Part shown: piece by piece, positions 18,009-27,906 of the stretch | Position numbering within the stretch: position 1 is the first letter of the stretch | How the letters are laid out: each line of letters opens with the position of its first letter | From: a virus | DNA: 64,000 bases | Virus record (IMG/VR): IMGVR_UViG_3300037187_000003 | Location: 7,418 to 71,417 of that record | Reading direction: 5' to 3' (one strand) | Notes under the pieces: generated by a model | The model's database searches: none | What the model saw: the letters and a program-made list of their open reading frames with translations, nothing else | What the model was told of the DNA's origin: nothing | Translations under genes and position numbers: made by a program

Positions 18009-18836
18009 TCAACCCCCTATCGCGATTCCCGTTTCCCGGCCCGTAGGCTGCCGCCAGCGGGCGATCTGGACCAGGGGCACGTTTCCCGCATCTGGGAGCG
18101 CGATCGGCCCCAGCGGGGCTGTGGCGGCTCGCGTGGGGGCTTCTGGCCAATAATGCCCGCACAGCCGATCCATCGCGGCTGAAATCGCGGCGGTTGCATC
18201 GGAGTCCCGGATGGCGAGCCACCTGGCAATGCGCTCTCGGCCCCAGTCAAGCAGGACGACTGCGCTGACGATAGGCTCGTACTCCCCGAGCGCGGCGCGG
18301 GCTGCGTCATTGCGAGCGATGGCGGCGAACTGGCGATCGACGGTGCCGCCGTTGTCGGGATTGTCGATACGCTCGGAGGCGCCTGATTTGGCCGGGGAGG
18401 CGCCGTTTGCGATCTGGAAATCATCGAGAAACTGGCGAGCCGCTTTGACGTGGTGGCGGGTGATGTGACGGGAGTGGGTGTAGAGGCCCCAGATCGCGGA
18501 TGATGCGCGGAAGCTGGACACGACGGTCCCAGCGCGGTCGGGGTCGTGCCATTGGGCTGCGGCGAGGAGGGCGGGGCGGAGTTCGGCAGGTTCCGGGTCG
18601 AGACCGGCGGCGATGCGCTTGCGGTTCGCTTTGGTCGATCGGCTTGCGGCAGTGTGCCCCTTGACCGCGTTCCGCAGCAGCGCCGGTGCGATCTTCTCCG
18701 CCTGGGCCTCGCGGTAGTCCGCCTCGCGCTTCGCCGCTTCGTCTTGTAACCGCTGCGCTTCTGCCAGGGCGGCGGCTCGTTTTGCCTCGCGGCGCGCGGC
18801 TTGCTCGGGGGTGATGGGCTTGCGGCGGCGCGGCAT
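18009..18836 (-). CDS. putative late-gene regulator / DNA-binding protein
   Basis: 275 aa just upstream of the terminase genes, with a C-terminal helical HTH-like segment; function inferred from position. Confidence 0.5.
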   Translation of the reverse strand: MPRRRKPITPEQAARREAKRAAALAEAQRLQDEAAKREADYREAQAEKIAPALLRNAVKGHTAASRSTKANRKRIAAGLDPEPAELRPALLAAAQWHDPDRAGTVVSSFRASSAIWGLYTHSRHITRHHVKAARQFLDDFQIANGASPAKSGASERIDNPDNGGTVDRQFAAIARNDAARAALGEYEPIVSAVVLLDWGRERIARWLAIRDSDATAAISAAMDRLCGHYWPEAPTRAATAPLGPIALPDAGNVPLVQIARWRQPTGRETGIAIGG

Positions 18837-19081
18837 CAGGACAGCGGCCCGTGGATTATCCGGAACGCCACTGCCGCGCCCATAGCGGCGATACAGAGCG
18901 CATAGAACACAACGGCTTGTCGCATCCTACGACGGAACAGTTCTTCGGGCATGTGATATCTGCTGTGCGGGACGATCATCGGCGGCTCCTGTTCGCGTCG
19001 CACCCTACCGGCTACCGGCTGCCCTGCGCAAGAGGTTCCACGCGGGGCATCGTTTGTGTGCGAATGAGGGGGGTGTGTCAC
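18836..19081 (-). CDS. hypothetical membrane protein
   Basis: C-terminal hydrophobic helix; start uncertain. Confidence 0.4.
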   Translation of the reverse strand: MTHPPHSHTNDAPRGTSCAGQPVAGRVRREQEPPMIVPHSRYHMPEELFRRRMRQAVVFYALCIAAMGAAVAFRIIHGPLS

Positions 19082-19446
19082 GCTAATTCCGTTGACGTGC
19101 CGTAACGTGACGGGCTGCGTGACGCCCCTCGCCTTACTTACTTACTTGTACATATCTATATGTAAGTAAAAGTAAGTAGGGGTATGTCACGTTGTCACGC
19201 TCTTATCTCCATATACCCATGCGTGCATGCGCGCTCGCATGTGAGTGTATCGCGGAAATGGCGTGACAACGTGCCGTTGCGAACAGGGAACGGCAGCTAA
19301 ACCCTTGGGTTTGCTGCGAAATGTGACGGTCAGATGCCTGTCACGTTTTGCGTCACGCCGCGTCACATATCTACGTGCCGCGTGACGTATGTCATTGATT
19401 TATCGAAGATAATTCGGAAATGTGCCGCCGTCAATAGGCGCGTGAC
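19077..19446. repeat. putative replication origin: GTCAC/GTGAC iterons around an AT-rich palindrome
   Basis: 12 copies of GTCAC/GTGAC in about 370 non-coding bp. A 13-bp inverted repeat pairs CACGTTGTCACGC (19188-19200) with 19261-19273. An AT-rich TACTTAC...GTAAGTA palindrome lies at about 19134-19178. The region abuts the helicase stop codon. Confidence 0.65.
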
Positions 19447-19452
19447 GCGCGC

Positions 19453-21189
19453 TTATTCCCCCTGGTCCAGCACATTGAGCGGCAGCCACACGGCCCGGCT
19501 CCTGTGACCCAGCGCAAATCGGATCACCTTCTCGGTGGCGGATGTAGCGCCCGGCAGTCGGGATAGCGTGCGGGACCAGTTCGCGGCCCATGGCGTGCCA
19601 GCCAGCGCCTTGGCGAGCGCGGGGTGGCTGGTGCTCACCCAGGCACCGAACGGCGCTGTGCGGTGGGCTCGGACGCCGTATTCGCGCAGTTCGAAGTCAG
19701 CGGTATCGACTGGGATACGGTCATCCGACCCGAACGCCGCTGACATCAAGCGACCAAGCGTCACGTCGATGGTCGGACCATTACCCAGCGACACGCGGAT
19801 GCGGGCGGCAGACAGGTGCGAGAGCAGCCGGTCTTCGTCCTTCTGGGTATCCGACGTGACGCTATCGCCCCAATCCTGCCGGTCCAGATACGCAGATGCT
19901 TCGGCCTGCGTGATCGGTCTCCCGCTGTGCAGCGAATACGCCCCGGCCAGGAGTGTGCCAACTTGGTCCCCCAGCCGCCGCGTTCCGAGCTTGGCGGCGA
20001 CCGCGACGGCGAACACCTCGGCATTGTCTCGGATCACCGGCAATAAGCCAACGCTGCGCGCCAGAAGGCCGGCAGCATAGGCCGGGGTGATAAGCAAGGC
20101 AGCTTGCGCGGCCAGGTCGCGGAACGCCTCCTGATCGTTGGAGATGGCGGTAAGGGGGGGTTGCAAGGCGAGGATCGAGACGCGGGACTCATCGGCCGCG
20201 AACGCCAGGCCGACATTGATGGACGAGAATGCGAACGCCGAGCGAATGCGGAAAGAGCGGCCGGAAGTCTGCTGCTGCGTGCCTTTGATGATCTTTTTCT
20301 CGGACTCGCTGGATGCCTGACGCATCAGGTCCAGCACGCCCTGGACCCGGATAGCCGCTGCGCTGTCCTCGCGCTCGAACTCATCGAACACGACGGGCAA
20401 AGCATCCGAATTGAGGGTCTGGCGGATGCCGGCTTCGGATGTCTTGGACTGGACCTGTAGGGCGATCGGCCCGACGAGGGGAGCCAATACATTGTCCAGA
20501 AGCCACGACTTGCCGGAGCCGGACGCGCCGGTCACCCAGATCGACGGGCGCCATCGGAGCGCGCCACACACCATCGCGCACACAATCCATCCGGCGAATA
20601 ATGTGCCGCTGATCGGTCTGACCCATCGGAGTTTGGCGGAAATTTCACATATTCGGTGCGCGTCCGCGTTGGAGAGCGGCGCAGCGTCGTGGATCGAAAG
20701 CGGGAGCGCGGCAGGATAGATCGAGGTAGAGCCTGGCAGCATGAGCGCGCACGATCGGCCATCGACCAGGAGGCGGTCGCCCATGTGTAGAACTGCGCGG
20801 CCATGGTCGAACCACGCGCCGCGGCCTCGGACACGCTCCGGGTTGTAGATGCCGGCGCTGCGGCACTCCGTCATGAGCCAGTCAGCCGCATCGTCCCAAA
20901 AGACCTGTCCCTTCTCGGAAACGAATTTGGTGCGCTGCCAGAAGTGCGGGACAGCGGCCATCGCCATGAGGGCGCGCTTGGTATGCTGGTCCGCAGTCAG
21001 GGTGTGGACTTGCCGGGATGAGCGGGACAGGTAAAAAAAAGTCGAGTGGTCATAGCCGAGCGGGATGATGCCTTCGCTGGGTTGGGGGGAGAACTCCACG
21101 ACGTTGTCCTCTCCCTCCATCGGGATCGGATTGGCGCGGGCATGGGCGGCGGACGCGACGGCATCAGGATCGAACGGGAGCCCGCTCAT
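19453..21189 (-). CDS. replicative helicase (SF3/primase-associated P-loop ATPase)
   Basis: Walker A GASGSGKS, Walker B VVFDE and motif C-like AFAFSSIN; coupled to the prim-pol gene. Confidence 0.8.
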   Translation of the reverse strand: MSGLPFDPDAVASAAHARANPIPMEGEDNVVEFSPQPSEGIIPLGYDHSTFFYLSRSSRQVHTLTADQHTKRALMAMAAVPHFWQRTKFVSEKGQVFWDDAADWLMTECRSAGIYNPERVRGRGAWFDHGRAVLHMGDRLLVDGRSCALMLPGSTSIYPAALPLSIHDAAPLSNADAHRICEISAKLRWVRPISGTLFAGWIVCAMVCGALRWRPSIWVTGASGSGKSWLLDNVLAPLVGPIALQVQSKTSEAGIRQTLNSDALPVVFDEFEREDSAAAIRVQGVLDLMRQASSESEKKIIKGTQQQTSGRSFRIRSAFAFSSINVGLAFAADESRVSILALQPPLTAISNDQEAFRDLAAQAALLITPAYAAGLLARSVGLLPVIRDNAEVFAVAVAAKLGTRRLGDQVGTLLAGAYSLHSGRPITQAEASAYLDRQDWGDSVTSDTQKDEDRLLSHLSAARIRVSLGNGPTIDVTLGRLMSAAFGSDDRIPVDTADFELREYGVRAHRTAPFGAWVSTSHPALAKALAGTPWAANWSRTLSRLPGATSATEKVIRFALGHRSRAVWLPLNVLDQGE

Positions 21190-22019
21190 GCGGCACGCCG
21201 AGATTTCAGGCCGCTGTCGATGGTGGCGAGCGCGGCCCGGATGCCTTCTTCGCTGATAAAGCCATTGGCACGCGCGGCGGCCAGCATCGACTCGCGGACC
21301 TCGGATTCGGTCAGAGAACCCTCATCAACAAACCGTGCGAGCGAGTATGTTTCGGCGTTCAGAGCATTGTTCCGGCCGCCTTTGCCGAGCGCCGCGACGC
21401 GGCGGATAGCGTTGCGCAGCGCGCCGACCGCGTAGTTTCTGGCCTGGTCGCCGGTGCGCAGGACTGGCTGTTTGCGCTCTGGCTCCGGTGGGGGCGCCAT
21501 AAGGCGAGCGAGCCACCCAGGTAGAGGCGGGGGTGATGTCTCCCACGGAGCCGTCAGCCAACGATACGGACGGCGCGTGCGCCAATGCAGCGAGGGCGGC
21601 ACAACCTGGGACTGTCTGCCGCGCCTTGGGTCTATGCCGAGTGCCGGGCAGCCGTCGTGGCCAACGATCCGCTCGCCGTTGTTCTGGAAAAAGAGGGCCA
21701 AGCCGCCGCCGCCGGAGCGTAACTGCGGACGCGGCGGCAACGGCCCATGCTCAACCACGAGAGCGGCGAGGTTGGCGATGCCGTCGTGCGCGTGGCCCGG
21801 GGGTGTGTCACAGTCGAGGCCCAGCAGGCGAGATGGACCAAACACCACGCGCCATCCGCATCCAGGAAACAATCCGCACCACGTGGCGAGTTGATCAAGG
21901 TCGCATGTAGCCGCGTCCGTGGGGGCTTTGATGCACGCCTTTTTGGTAGTTGGCGAAACCGGATATAGGTGCCAGCCGATCAGCGCCAGCCGCTCAATTT
22001 CGTCAGGAATTGAGGCCAT
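21186..22019 (-). CDS. bifunctional DNA primase/polymerase
   Basis: GWHLYPV, LLGLDCD, RSGGGG, VVPPSLH and GGRNNALN motifs. Confidence 0.85.
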   Translation of the reverse strand: MASIPDEIERLALIGWHLYPVSPTTKKACIKAPTDAATCDLDQLATWCGLFPGCGWRVVFGPSRLLGLDCDTPPGHAHDGIANLAALVVEHGPLPPRPQLRSGGGGLALFFQNNGERIVGHDGCPALGIDPRRGRQSQVVPPSLHWRTRRPYRWLTAPWETSPPPLPGWLARLMAPPPEPERKQPVLRTGDQARNYAVGALRNAIRRVAALGKGGRNNALNAETYSLARFVDEGSLTESEVRESMLAAARANGFISEEGIRAALATIDSGLKSRRAA

Positions 22020-22341
22020 CCAGCGCCTCCTGTACCGATCTCGCTGGCAAATACAACCCGCCAGCGCGGCGCCACGCTGAAGCAAACCTAATCTGCTCGT
22101 CGGAAAACCTGCCGCCGCGCGGGCGTTTGGTTTCGATCGCCACAGGACGGCCGCCGACCGCGCCGATGATGTCCGCCGAGCCGATCAGTCCGAAACTTAC
22201 CCATCGGCCAAAACGATCCGGCAATTTTCCGGTGTTGTTGCGCCAAATGCACGCTTCCTGCAGTGCCGATACGGCCACCAGGACCGCGCTCAGGACCGGC
22301 GTCTCGGTTAGCGGTTCATCGCCAAGGTCAAGCCTGTTCAT
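22003..22341 (-). CDS. VRR-NUC family nuclease
   Basis: WRNNTG, GSADIIG, AIETK and FSDEQ motifs. Confidence 0.8.
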   Translation of the reverse strand: MNRLDLGDEPLTETPVLSAVLVAVSALQEACIWRNNTGKLPDRFGRWVSFGLIGSADIIGAVGGRPVAIETKRPRGGRFSDEQIRFASAWRRAGGLYLPARSVQEALDGLNS

Positions 22342-23761
22342 GGCTCCGGTTCCCCCATGCGTGCTTGGTCCACCCATAGTGATACCCTCGCACTTTGCGG
22401 ATTTGATCCATCTTTTCGTACGTATCGGCGTGTTGCATCAAAGCCTTGAACTCCGCCCCGCGCGCCGTGAGAATGTCGCAGCCGCGCGCCCAGACCGGAG
22501 TTGTCGTGACCTGAATCAGCTGACCGTCAACCTGCTCTGGGCCTTCTGCAATCCCACGCTCAGCCGGATCAGGCGTGACCAACACGCACCCATCGGGCGA
22601 GCCGTCAGGACATTCCTGACCATCGCGCCATCCCGGACCGGCGGGAAATATCCGGTAGCACACCTCGCATTGCTTGACGGGAGCGGATTCGGACTTGCGT
22701 TTCTTGTCGTCGAGAGACCATCGGCGCGGCGCATCCGGTAGACCGTGGCGGTGGATGTTACCGACATGGTCGAGGATCGTGGCGCGCGAGCCGTCTGCCT
22801 TGGGTCTGAGTGCTCGGCCGATCGTTTGAAGGTGCAGTGCGAGGGACTTTGTCGGGCGCAACAGGATGACGCCGCCGACCGAGGGTACGTCGAGACCCTC
22901 GGAGATTAGCGCGCATGACGTGAGAACTTGATACTTCCCATTGCCGATACCCTCAATTCGGTCGCGTCGCACAACGCGGTCCATCGTGCCATCCACGGAC
23001 GCGGCAGAGATTCCCGATGCGCAGAACTGTTCCGCAACGTGGCCGGCATGATCGATGCGAACGGCAAAGACAATGGCGGAGCGGGGGGCGATGTAGTCTT
23101 TATAGTGTTGAACTGCATCCCCGGTGATTACTACCTTGTCTATCGCTTCCGACAATTCGTCGGTTGCATAGTCCCCGGCCTGTGTGCTGATTTTTGACAG
23201 ATCGACTGACGATGGCGGAGCGAGGTAATCATAGGGTGCAAGCCATCCGGCCTTGATAAGCTCGCCCGGCGTCGGACCAAGCACCATATCGTCAAACATC
23301 CGGCCCAAACCGCGCCCATCAAGACGTTGCGGGGTTGCTGTGACGCCAAGGATTTTTGCCTGGGGCCATCGCTTGAGGATCGCTTGATAGCTGTCGCTGA
23401 TCGCGTGGTGCGCCTCGTCCACAATTATCAGATCAGGCGCGTCCGACATATCCAGTCGGCGCGCAAGAGTTTGGATCATCGCAATTTGGGTGCGATCGTT
23501 TGTGTGCCGATGTCCCGGCTGTATGCGGCCGTGCCGCACGCCGAATCCGTCCAAGGCTTCGCCAATCTGCGCGACAATCTCGGTGCGATGCGCGATAACG
23601 AGAGTTCGTTTGTTCTTTTCTGTTGCGCTTGCGGTAATGTAGGCGAAGCAGGCGGTTTTGCCGCTGCCGGTCGGGCTGACGGCGAGCACGCGCCGGTGGC
23701 GCGCGAATGCCTCACGGATGCGGGCAACAAAGCCCTCTTGATAGTCACGAAGGGAGATCAC
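22328..23761 (-). CDS. SF2 DEAD/DEAH-box helicase
   Basis: LRDYQ, PTGSGKT, DEAHH, TATP and QTIGRALR motifs, plus C-terminal CxxC. Confidence 0.92.
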   Translation of the reverse strand: MISLRDYQEGFVARIREAFARHRRVLAVSPTGSGKTACFAYITASATEKNKRTLVIAHRTEIVAQIGEALDGFGVRHGRIQPGHRHTNDRTQIAMIQTLARRLDMSDAPDLIIVDEAHHAISDSYQAILKRWPQAKILGVTATPQRLDGRGLGRMFDDMVLGPTPGELIKAGWLAPYDYLAPPSSVDLSKISTQAGDYATDELSEAIDKVVITGDAVQHYKDYIAPRSAIVFAVRIDHAGHVAEQFCASGISAASVDGTMDRVVRRDRIEGIGNGKYQVLTSCALISEGLDVPSVGGVILLRPTKSLALHLQTIGRALRPKADGSRATILDHVGNIHRHGLPDAPRRWSLDDKKRKSESAPVKQCEVCYRIFPAGPGWRDGQECPDGSPDGCVLVTPDPAERGIAEGPEQVDGQLIQVTTTPVWARGCDILTARGAEFKALMQHADTYEKMDQIRKVRGYHYGWTKHAWGNRSHEQA

Positions 23762-23770
23762 GGCGCGCGT

Positions 23771-23983
23771 CTACAGCGCGGGGATTACGAGAATATCCTT
23801 CGGCGCCACATGGTCAGTGAGGACCAATGCGCGACCGCTGCCGTGCCGGTGGATTTTACCAGCCATGCGAATTGCAGCGCAGGCTATCGCGGACCGCGAG
23901 TAGCCTGTCTCCTTCGCAAGCCAAGCGAGAGTCTCATCCACATCAGGATTGAGTTGCAGGCTCAGACGCGGCGCTTCCGGCAT
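23771..23983 (-). CDS. ribbon-helix-helix DNA-binding protein
   Basis: RLSLQLNPDVDETLAWLAKETGYSRSAI. Confidence 0.55.
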   Translation of the reverse strand: MPEAPRLSLQLNPDVDETLAWLAKETGYSRSAIACAAIRMAGKIHRHGSGRALVLTDHVAPKDILVIPAL

Positions 23984-24166
23984 GACGTGGTCCCCTGGAC
24001 GTGCGGCCACTGTGCAACTCTTTGACGGTTGCTGTCAACCCCGCCCTACCCCGCGCGGCCCGGCGCGCAATAGGCTCGGGCGCGCACCTCACCGCGGGCC
24101 GCGCATCAGCGTGACCAGGTTCCACACGCGCTTGGCAGCGGCGTCGGCCCGTCGCGCAATAGAGCA

Positions 24167-24682
24167 TCAAGGGGCGGGTGCAGCCCCGCCATACCGCTTC
24201 CCGAGCGTCGCCATGTTCCAAACCCGTTCCGCCGCCGTGACAGCGGGCCACACGAACTGGTCCAGCCCGATCCGTTCCATCGCGGCCTCGATCGCCTCGC
24301 GCCGCCGATCATCGACATCCTCCCATTCCCACGGCGACCGATCCGCGCGCCGCTCTGCCAGCACTCGGTTCCGCGGCTGCGGCATTTGCGTCGCGATAAG
24401 GCCGAGACGCCACTCCCGGATGATGTCGCGCCGACCCGTTTTGCGGCTCTGTGCCACGGCCTCGACGCAGGCCAACGCGGCGACGCAGTGCCCCACCGTT
24501 CCGAGCAGGATGTTGCACTGGCGACACATGACGCGGCGGTTGTTGGTGTCGCCATGGATCACGAACGATCCGCCCCATGCGCGCGGCAGGATGTGATCGT
24601 CGGATATGCCGTGGCTGCTGGCGCGGCGGGGGTGGAGCTCGGCTCGGCAGCGCGGGCATGGGTCGCCTGGGAGGAGGGTCAC
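24167..24682 (-). CDS. HNH endonuclease
   Basis: CPRC...DDHILPRAWGG...NRRVMCRQCN. Confidence 0.7.
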   Translation of the reverse strand: MTLLPGDPCPRCRAELHPRRASSHGISDDHILPRAWGGSFVIHGDTNNRRVMCRQCNILLGTVGHCVAALACVEAVAQSRKTGRRDIIREWRLGLIATQMPQPRNRVLAERRADRSPWEWEDVDDRRREAIEAAMERIGLDQFVWPAVTAAERVWNMATLGKRYGGAAPAP

Positions 24683-24936
24683 GCCGGCCTCTTCGGCGGC
24701 GTGGGCTTCGGCAGGGCGCGCTCATATTGGGCCACGCCGCCATCAGGCGCGATCCGGTCATCCACGCGCCGTTCAATCCCCAGCTTCGCCAGGATGGCGT
24801 CGGATGCCTCGCCGCGCGACAGGTAGAGGCCCAAGGACTGCCGGGCGATGCCACACGCCTGGGCCAAGGCAGACTGGCTCGCGCCCTCCTGGCGGCAGAT
24901 GCGGCGGATGTGGGCGCGGAGACGGGCGGGGGTCAT
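24679..24936 (-). CDS. small HTH protein
   Basis: SQSALAQACGIARQSL...ILAKLGIER; resembles 37527..37733. Confidence 0.65.
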   Translation of the reverse strand: MTPARLRAHIRRICRQEGASQSALAQACGIARQSLGLYLSRGEASDAILAKLGIERRVDDRIAPDGGVAQYERALPKPTPPKRPA

Positions 24937-25520
24937 GCTGGTACCTTGGCGGTTGCGGCGATTGACAGGAGAAGGTCGCGGAACTCGGGCGGCGTGGCGG
25001 CTGCCTCGGATTTTCCAATTCGGCGCAAGTCACCTACAAATCGGTTTCTGCACCAACTCACAACTGCGGATGACGGATGTTTTCCCCACCGAAGCTGCGG
25101 CAGATCAACACCATAGGCATAAAGCCAAGTCGCTTTGCGGGCAGGGCAGCCATAGGCGGCCTGCTCAATGTGGCATGTCCATCCCCCCTGCCAGTCCGCC
25201 GTAGCCCACCCACTCGTCTTGGATGGCGTCAGAAGCCCATGAGATCGCCACGCCCAGCTATCGGCGGGATGTTCGAGAATGCCACCCCAGCGGCGCACCG
25301 AATCCAGAGCGGCAGCAAAGCATCCGCCGTCCTCTCCACGCTTATGCCCCCATCTGGCTTCGACCAGCCCGGCAAGGCGACACCAAGCAGAACACGGAGG
25401 GTGCGCCACGACCGGATGCGGGCCAGCGTATAGCCGCGCGTCGCGGCTCTCGTCCCACAGGTCAACGTCTGGCAGCCCGCTGTAGCAGCCGCCCTTTTGG
25501 ACGTAGAGCGCGGCGATCAC
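24933..25520 (-). CDS. short C5-cytosine methyltransferase-like protein
   Basis: VVAHPPC (motif IV-like), ILEHP (motif VI-like), YG..ARKATWL and TPPEF motifs. Confidence 0.6.
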   Translation of the reverse strand: MIAALYVQKGGCYSGLPDVDLWDESRDARLYAGPHPVVAHPPCSAWCRLAGLVEARWGHKRGEDGGCFAAALDSVRRWGGILEHPADSWAWRSHGLLTPSKTSGWATADWQGGWTCHIEQAAYGCPARKATWLYAYGVDLPQLRWGKHPSSAVVSWCRNRFVGDLRRIGKSEAAATPPEFRDLLLSIAATAKVPA

Positions 25521-25687
25521 TTCCGCACCGCGATGGCGAAGACGTGCAACTCGCCGTCTCTGCCCGCCTGCCGGAGGGCGTCTTCCGCGTAGGCCCGTGC
25601 CGCGGCTTCATCCGGCTGGCGCGTGACCATCGACGGTGCGGTGCGGCCGGTGGCGATCTCTTCCAGGGTGATCGTGTAGACGTTCAT
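25517..25687 (-). CDS. hypothetical protein (56 aa)
   Basis: Hand-translated MNVYTITLEEIATG...; GGAGA RBS; stop overlaps the next start. Confidence 0.55.
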   Translation of the reverse strand: MNVYTITLEEIATGRTAPSMVTRQPDEAAARAYAEDALRQAGRDGELHVFAIAVRK

Positions 25688-25803
25688 CGTCGCGTCTCCG
25701 GTTTCGATGAAACGTATATAAGGCGCCCATCCTGGCGATGCAAGAAAAACCTTTCATCCCCCGGCGGGAGAGCCTATATCTCCCTCAGAGGCGAGGAGCC
25801 GAT

Positions 25804-26149
25804 CCCCGCCGGATCAGGAGAGACGAAGATGACCATCAGCATCGCCCCGAACGGCAGGCACACTTCCCAAGTTGACGCCGAAGACATCGGCCGGGCGCGC
25901 GACGCAGCGGAAGCCGTTCTCGCCCAGCGTGGCGTCACCGCCGAAGCGGCCTACGCGGCCTATCAAGCGCAGTGGCTGGAATTTGACGACGAAGACCCGA
26001 TGACCGGCGACGCGCTGGCATGGATCGCGGCAGGCAAGGCAGCCGACATCGCAATCACCGCCGGCTGGGCGAACGAGAATGCAGAAATCTTCTGCGACAT
26101 GAGCGCCTGACCCCCACGCGGGGCTTCGGCCCCGCCGGATCAGGAGAGA
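25804..26149 (+). repeat. 20-bp direct repeat CCCCGCCGGATCAGGAGAGA (25804-25823 and 26130-26149)
   Basis: Exact duplicated RBS-containing leader ahead of two consecutive genes. A related CCAACCGGAG leader occurs at 26407 and 26837. Confidence 0.8.
25829..26110 (+). CDS. early hypothetical protein
   Basis: AGGAG RBS; 93 aa. Confidence 0.7.
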   Translation: MTISIAPNGRHTSQVDAEDIGRARDAAEAVLAQRGVTAEAAYAAYQAQWLEFDDEDPMTGDALAWIAAGKAADIAITAGWANENAEIFCDMSA

Positions 26150-26153
26150 GACG

Positions 26154-26396
26154 ATGGCCACCACCGAATACCGCATCACCAACGCCCGCACGCTGGCCGA
26201 GACATGGACGCCCGCGGCCACCTGTGCGCAGGCACTCGTGGCGCACGAGACGGCACGGCGTGCGGCTGATGGAGACGCGCTGCTGCCTCGGAACTGCCGC
26301 GTGTCGCATGGCGGCGACGGTGGGATCATCGACATGTCGATTGGCGACAGCTTCATCCGCGGGCGCGTCGAGAACGTGATCCGGCGCGTTGCCTGA
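26154..26396 (+). CDS. early hypothetical protein
   Basis: AGGAG RBS; 80 aa. Confidence 0.65.
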   Translation: MATTEYRITNARTLAETWTPAATCAQALVAHETARRAADGDALLPRNCRVSHGGDGGIIDMSIGDSFIRGRVENVIRRVA

Positions 26397-26424
26397 CCCG
26401 CCCCCCCCAACCGGAGTGAGAACG

Positions 26425-26604
26425 ATGGCTACCTACATCCGCATAGCTTGTCTGGCTCTGGAACGCGCCTGCGACACGCCGGCAGTTGAAAGCGTTGATT
26501 ATGCCCTCTATCGCTGCCGGTTGTACTATGCGCAATCCGGCTCAAAGGCGTCAATCGACATGCTGCGGGAGGCGACGGCGCTTGCAGACAAAAAGGCCGC
26601 ATAA
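26425..26604 (+). CDS. early hypothetical protein
   Basis: GGAG RBS; 59 aa. Confidence 0.55.
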   Translation: MATYIRIACLALERACDTPAVESVDYALYRCRLYYAQSGSKASIDMLREATALADKKAA

Positions 26605-26605
26605 A

Positions 26606-26833
26606 ATGCGCAGCACCGACACCCAAGCTAGAATCCTTACCCTAAAAAATCGGGCGCGCGTCGCGCTCCAGCATTATCGCCTGATCGGATCATGGGCCGA
26701 CTGCGGCAACGCACTCTTGCAGCACATATCTCCAGAGGCAGCCGAGGCTGCCGCCGAAGTTGATGCAGCGATGGCGGAACTGGCCAGGATCGACCCGGCT
26801 TGTCCGAAATGGACACCGCTGAGTGCGGGCTGA
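26606..26833 (+). CDS. early hypothetical protein
   Basis: Starts 1 nt after the previous stop; 75 aa. Confidence 0.55.
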   Translation: MRSTDTQARILTLKNRARVALQHYRLIGSWADCGNALLQHISPEAAEAAAEVDAAMAELARIDPACPKWTPLSAG

Positions 26834-26851
26834 CCTCCAACCGGAGCAACA

Positions 26852-26986
26852 ATGATGACCGACACCGAACGCCTGACCATCGCCAAACTAGTGCAAGCAA
26901 TCCGGTATTATCTAGCAACCGCCACCAAGGATCGTTCGCATACAAACGGTCTGGCCGCCACCTCCCGATGCGGAGGTGCCCTGTGA
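26852..26986 (+). CDS. early hypothetical protein (44 aa)
   Basis: GGAG RBS; hand-translated MMTDTERLTIAKL. Confidence 0.4.
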   Translation: MMTDTERLTIAKLVQAIRYYLATATKDRSHTNGLAATSRCGGAL

Positions 26987-27031
26987 TCGCCGGGCTTGAC
27001 GTTACGGTTATGGTGCTGTCCGAATCCGCGA

Positions 27032-27631
27032 ATGGACTCGATGGATTTGGGCCTCGGTCGGTTTCTCGAAATGTTTGAGGCCCGATTCGGCCGCAAGGCC
27101 ACGACCGTACTCCTTGCTATGATTGGTCTCGGGATTGTGGCGTTCACAGGCAGACTGATCCTAACCGGGATGGTCTTTCCAATTTACGATGTGCTAACCG
27201 CAATCATAAACCGCCACGAAACCCTTAAGAGCATTGTGGAAGACTCCCACAGCCAGACTAGCCATATAATATTCCTAATAATACAAGGGCTTTTTATAGG
27301 GTGGATTACGAACAACTTTCTGCATGATGTCTACGCGTTCGTGAGAAGGCGCCAAATCATGCGTGAGGCTGAGACAAGGCTTTTCACGCGCATTGAGCGT
27401 GTCAACATATGGAAATGGATTCAGGACAATAAGGCAGACGTGAAGGAGATCATCACCCGCTTGGACAACGAAGAGAAGGGTGTAGGGCCGATCATTGATG
27501 ACGCCTTTCTTATACCCTTCCTCACCCGCCCAGACGTATCGCCGCTACGAGCGGCGATACCGCCAGCAGAGGCGCCGGAGCCTACAAGTCCGCCAGTCGG
27601 AATCCCTCCATTTCCAATGCCGCCAGAGTAG
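27032..27631 (+). CDS. membrane protein (2-3 TM helices), moron-like
   Basis: Hydrophobic segments, visibly lower GC and a Pro-rich tail. Confidence 0.6.
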   Translation: MDSMDLGLGRFLEMFEARFGRKATTVLLAMIGLGIVAFTGRLILTGMVFPIYDVLTAIINRHETLKSIVEDSHSQTSHIIFLIIQGLFIGWITNNFLHDVYAFVRRRQIMREAETRLFTRIERVNIWKWIQDNKADVKEIITRLDNEEKGVGPIIDDAFLIPFLTRPDVSPLRAAIPPAEAPEPTSPPVGIPPFPMPPE

Positions 27632-27708
27632 GAATAACTGCAACTTGTGGTTGCTGGTACGGCAACAGATACCCAGGTATGCAGGCGATTCGTATTCAGG
27701 GGGCTGCT

Positions 27709-27906
27709 ATGGCTGATTTTGTTGTCGAGGTTACGTTGATGCTCCAAGACACGAGGCCACTCTCGTGGGCGGTGGAAGCCGTCAACTCAGATGGTGACGG
27801 CGGCATAGATACAACCGTATTCGCTGGCCCATCGGGCGAGCAACGGGCCAGAGAATACGTGCGATGGAAGTATGGGATCACCCAGCCAAAACTGGTTGCC
27901 GCCTAA
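27709..27906 (+). CDS. hypothetical protein
   Basis: WAVEAVNSDGDGG...FAGP...RAREY. Confidence 0.6.
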   Translation: MADFVVEVTLMLQDTRPLSWAVEAVNSDGDGGIDTTVFAGPSGEQRAREYVRWKYGITQPKLVAA

